From: Balanoglossus misakiensis
Taxonomy: Eukaryota > Animalia > Hemichordata
Assembly: GCA_040954595.2 (NCBI GenBank)
Contig: CM082588.2
Span: 6,522,202-6,586,201 of the forward strand
Length of the DNA: 64,000 bases
Reading direction: 5' to 3'
Under the pieces are notes generated by a model. It was given only the letters and a program-made list of their open reading frames with translations. It was not told the origin of the DNA and made no database searches. Position 1 is the stretch's first letter. The number at the start of each line of letters is the position of its first letter. The position numbers and the translations under genes were made by a program. Below are positions 60,201-64,000 of the stretch, piece by piece.

Positions 60201-62377
60201 GCTAACAAATAGGGCTATAGGTTTGGTTTTTGTTGAACATGGACCGGTATAGGGTCAAAATTTCTTACCCAAATTTTGGGTGACCTCAGGTGACATTTGA
60301 CCTACTTTCCTATATCTTGGCATCCAGAGCAGGTACAGACTTGGCGTTTGGAGGGTTAGGACTAAAATTAAAAATCCAAAATGGGGGTCACCTGTGACAC
60401 CTGCATATCTCATTAATTATGTGCATACCTAATTTCAGGCTAACCAATAGGGCTATAGGTTTGGTTTTTGTTGAGCATGGACCACTATAGGGTCAAAATT
60501 TCTTGCCGAAATTTTGTATGACCTCAGGTGACCTTTGACCTACTTTACCATATCTTGGCATCCAGAGCAGGTACAGACTTGGCGTTTGGAGGTTTGGGAC
60601 TAAAATTGAAAAGGCAACATTGGGGGTCACCTGTGACACCTGCCTACCTCATTAATTATGTGCATACCTAATTCCAGGCTAACCAATAGGGTTATAGGTT
60701 TGGTTTTTGTTGAACATGGACCAGTATAGGGTCAGAATTTTTTGACCAAATTTTGAAGGAACTCAGGTGACCTTTGACCTACTTTACCATATCTTGGCAT
60801 CCAGAGCAGATAAGCTTATTACTATGTTGCTATGTGCTATGTTGGCTTGGGCCCGCTATTGCTGCTTGCAGCTATATTTATTATTATTATTATTATTATT
60901 CTTCTTCCGAGAAATTCGGCCAGGTAGATCTGGAAAACCGCAGCACCTAGGGGGCTGAAACTTGGTAGGGTGATAGGGGCCAATGAGTAGACGTGCAGTG
61001 GCCCGTGAATATTTAATTAGTCATGTGACCTGGCGGCCATATTGGATTTCCTGAAAACCGTTAAATGAGTCCTTCTCAAAAACTACAAGGCCGATCGAGT
61101 TCAAATTTGGTGTGCAGGTAGCCTACCTTCTGTCCATCATTTTACCCCATTGAAATCATGACGTCACACATAAAGTTTTTTTGCTACAATTGTTTTTCTT
61201 AAAAAATACTTAAAACTTTAAAAATCTTCTTCTCCAGAACCAGCGGTTACCGATTCTCGGGATTTGGGTTATGTGGTCACCTAACCTATGTCTATCAAGT
61301 TTGCGAAGCGCACTGTGATTGGTCGATCATTATGGCGGCCATGTTGGATTTTCGGAAAACCATTGAAAAATGAAAATTCTGTTTTGTAGCCAAAATGTTG
61401 ACAGCACGGAAATTCTTTTTTTGGATATGAGTCATCATATGACCGGAAGTTGTCACAATTTTTCGTGGCAATTTTCACATGACCTTTGACCCAGTTTTAA
61501 AAGAACTAATTATATATGCATATTCCCCATACCTCCTCTTGTAAAAGCACCACATTCATGAATTTTGTGGACATGGGTACCAATGCTGCCAGGACATGAC
61601 ACAAATATTTTGGTAATTTTGGCAATGACCTTTGACCTATTTCTGCATATCTAATTCCATGCTACCCAATAGGGCTAGAGGTCTGGTATTGGTTGGACAT
61701 GGCCCAGTCTGGGGTCAAAATTTTATGCCCTAATTTTGGGTGACCTTGGGTGACCTTTGATCTACTTTCCCATATCTCAGCATCCAGAGCAGTTAGAGCC
61801 CTGGCTGTTATGGGTATTGAGCACATAATGGAGTCTTACACAAGACCTCATTAATTATGTGCATACCTAATTGCAGGCGAACCAATAGGGCTAGGGGTCT
61901 GGTTTTTTGTTGGATCTAGACTAGTATGGGGTCCAATTTTTTTGCCCAAATTTGGGGTGACCTCAGGTGACCTTTGACCTACTTTCCCATGTCTCGGTAT
62001 CCCCAGCAGATACAGCCGTGGAATTTGCTGGTCACCATGGGAACCGCTTGTGCCCCCCCAACGCTGCTTGCAGCTTTAATTTTCGTTTTCTTTTTGCAGC
62101 GATAGAAGGCTTTGTAGCAGAGCCCTACCCACAGCTTACTGTGGTGGTCTTCTATTACGACACCAAGAATGGAGATATGACGGACAAGTTCAACAGGGAA
62201 CTCCAAAAAAACATCTTGGCTGACGGAAGAAGCTTTATGTCGTCTGTGACAATAAAGGGAAGGTATCACCTCAGAATCTGTATTCTGAATTTTCGAACCC
62301 ATCGCAAGCATATCGACTTTGCCCTGCAAATCATCCAGGAAAGTACTGTCCTGTTGAAAGATAAATACAAATTATAG
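42287..62377 (+). CDS. Group II PLP-dependent (aromatic-L-amino-acid decarboxylase-like) enzyme of bacterial type, 8 exons
   Basis: Frame-consistent exons 42287-42506, 43140-43286, 43710-43893, 44264-44423, 44664-44880, 45033-45195, 45399-45505, 62100-62377. Motifs SETTHYCV, WLHVDAAYGGFF, DSVTMDPHKGLFLPYGSG (PLP Lys), ELTRPARGLRMWLPLKLFG, LRICILNFRTH. Confidence 0.9.
43308..43681. mobile_element. MITE-like dispersed repeat, copy 2 (decarboxylase intron 2)
   Basis: Imperfect TIRs AATTTCCTGCCTTAAATAGTTTT / AAAACCCATTTAAGGTAAGGGGAATT; homologous to 35244-35575 in inverted orientation. Confidence 0.7.
49165..50510. repeat. About 20-24-bp minisatellite (TGTTGTCTTGT(G/C)CATTT..) in the left arm; mirrored at about 51660-52810
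   Basis: Higher-order tandem array of short variant units; the arm lengths differ by about 200 bp because of unit copy number. Confidence 0.9.
50951..51424 (-). pseudogene. Frameshifted, truncated transposon ORF with an N-terminal SAM-like domain (inverted duplicate of its start at 50748-50950)
   Basis: MEEILRSMSLSTLIPNFLQERISPETVESLTDRELIRLGVETMGHRHDLRKKC fits the SAM pattern (F..E.I....L..LT...L..LGV...G.R..L). It continues after a frameshift as AERDMLFIP...ARTWTVRVLCVA. Confidence 0.65.
53094..53830. repeat. About 238-bp internal tandem (satellite-like) unit of the Helentron-like elements
   Basis: CCTCAGGTGACCTTTGACC recurs at 53094, 53332, 53570 and 53809. The same unit occurs 2-4 times in other elements (about 46490-46930, 47820-48300, 54735-55215, 60047-60770). 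Confidence 0.9.
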
Positions 62378-64000
62378 TCAACGTTTCTGCCAAACGTCAT
62401 AATTAGTATTTGACGTCATGACGAATAATGCCTGTTGTATACAAGTTCGAATTCACTGAACCATTTTATTAGGTAAATTGGCCACGGATGGGTTGTTAAT
62501 CAATGTTTCCCGTTACCTGTTATTTTTACTGTTCCATTTTCCGGGTTAAGGTATATTTTGGCCGCGGACGAGGTTCTATACTTCACTAAAATATATCCTC
62601 GTGCGACACGAAGTTCCAGATGGTGAATTGATTTTATACCTAGTGACCAAGTTACATACGCAGACGCCTATGCACGTTACTCGGTTCCGTTACCTCTTAT
62701 ATTATGATCTCTAGAGATTAGAGTCCATTTTCATTTATAAAATTCGTGATCTTGGAGACAACCTCCACAATGTGGACCCTTCTAAATGAAAATTATGTTA
62801 ACCTTTTATCAAAATACATCAGGAACTCTCGGTCACTTGTTTAATAGGTGTTATTTCACGGCAACCTTATAGAGCAACTTACTAGCAGTATGTAAGCAAC
62901 CTCTTCAGTATTAAAAGCCTCTCCAGCAGCTTTGACAAATTATTTCAGATTAGGATAAATTTACTCTAGTTATTTTTCATTGGTTTAGAAACACATTTTA
63001 TTGTAAATTTAAAGTGATAAATCTGCCTCTATCTCTCTCTCCCTGGTCGCAGCGATGAAAATGGGATCTTTTACCGGAAGACTTGTGTCGATTTCTTCAT
63101 TCATTCTCTTCTGTGTTCGACAAGTTTTGTCATGTTGCAACAGAAATGTAGGTCACCCGAATTGGCCACGGAATGAGGTCTCTGGGATAGTATCTTGGGC
63201 AACAGTAACTATGGACAATAAAAACACAAATAAACACTCCTTTCTTCGGAATAAGCCACCCACATACCGAAGAACATAGATGTTATTGAATGCAGAAACT
63301 GAAGAATTAGTGATAGCCTGTTAACAAAGGCTTTAAAAGAAAATAACCAGTAAAGGAATGCTATGTGTCATAAAATGGATCCCTAAAGTGTTTACATTAT
63401 ATGTAGGCGTCGCAAAGCCCTTAATCGGTGAATTGCTTCTTGTGTAAAATAGGGTCGATTCGATATTGGTCAATCTTCGTGTACTGACCCCTTTATCATA
63501 AATGCATACCTACATATAAAGCAGTATTTTAACCTTGGGTTGTGTTGTGACAACCAATAAATAAGTATATTTCAGCGAGGTGAAATGAACGTCAAAAGTG
63601 ACTCGCTTTGGCCCTTTAATTAGGCAAATTGACAAGAAAACGGGCTGTTGGTATAGAATAAACACCTGTTTTCCCACTAAGGGGATAGATTTGTGTCAAT
63701 TTCTCCGTTTGTTCTATGAATCCATACTCAGATATAAGAAGTGATTGGCCAACAGTATCTGATATTTCTTTGGCCAGGTGGTTTTGGCGACAAGCCAAAC
63801 AAGACAGGATGTAAACACATGACACCTACTTATTCTTTTGCACACGATTTTAGCAATGAAGAGAAACTGAAAATACCAAGTAGAAGGCGTATGAGTAAAT
63901 ACAGTAATATATCATCCTGTTCACTGAAATGTATAAAAAGTCGCGCACCTTGACTTTCAGCATACAGCATTTACAGCGCACGGGGGACGTGGTGTTAAAG

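Larger units (their letters stand above)
45666..62080 (+). mobile_element. Nested cluster of nine non-autonomous Helentron/Helitron2 (HINE)-like elements from at least four subfamilies
   Basis: Each 5' end is TT + GGG(C/G)C(C/A)CAAGC hairpin + TATTG + T-rich/(TTC)n tract. Each 3' end is an inverted copy of that motif (GCTTG(G/T)GCCC) + stem-loop GCTGC-TT-GCAGC + T-rich end. No TSDs; insertions lie in T runs. 5' ends at about 45666, 45722, 45787, 45838, 48418, 48471, 48520, 56756, 56820, 59212; 3' ends at about 46999, 48418, 53926, 55329, 56756, 57985, 59203, 60878, 62080. Confidence 0.85.

Noticed and set aside
63055-63953. Short ORFs and a possible - strand terminal exon (YCCPRYYPRDLIPWP...) near the right edge
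   Set aside because: No recognisable homology and no frame-consistent exon chain within the window.

Overview
AT-rich, intron-rich animal genomic DNA; gene content suggests a marine invertebrate deuterostome, but that is inference. From left to right: (1) a CEP126/KIAA1377-like gene (- strand, running off the left edge) head-to-head with a CEP162-like gene (+), start codons 383 bp apart. (2) Two tandem cathepsin L paralogs (+); the second has a Trp at the S2-pocket position and an intronless orphan gene inside one intron. (3) A spliced orphan gene (-) for a signal-anchor plus Cys-containing coiled-coil protein; its 5' 2 kb is duplicated on either side of a 5'-truncated L1/Tx1-type LINE, and the copies differ almost only by amino-acid-changing substitutions. 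(4) A bacterial-type group II PLP decarboxylase gene (+) whose last intron grew from about 0.18 kb to 16.6 kb. That intron is a bracket-balanced nest of nine Helentron/HINE-like elements, each inserted in the T-rich tract just after another's 5' hairpin. One nested element carries a 3.7-kb fold-back IS3EU-like transposon with a 6-bp TSD. Exon boundaries were read by eye from GT/AG sites and frame continuity. Homology calls rest on recalled motifs; no database searches were run.
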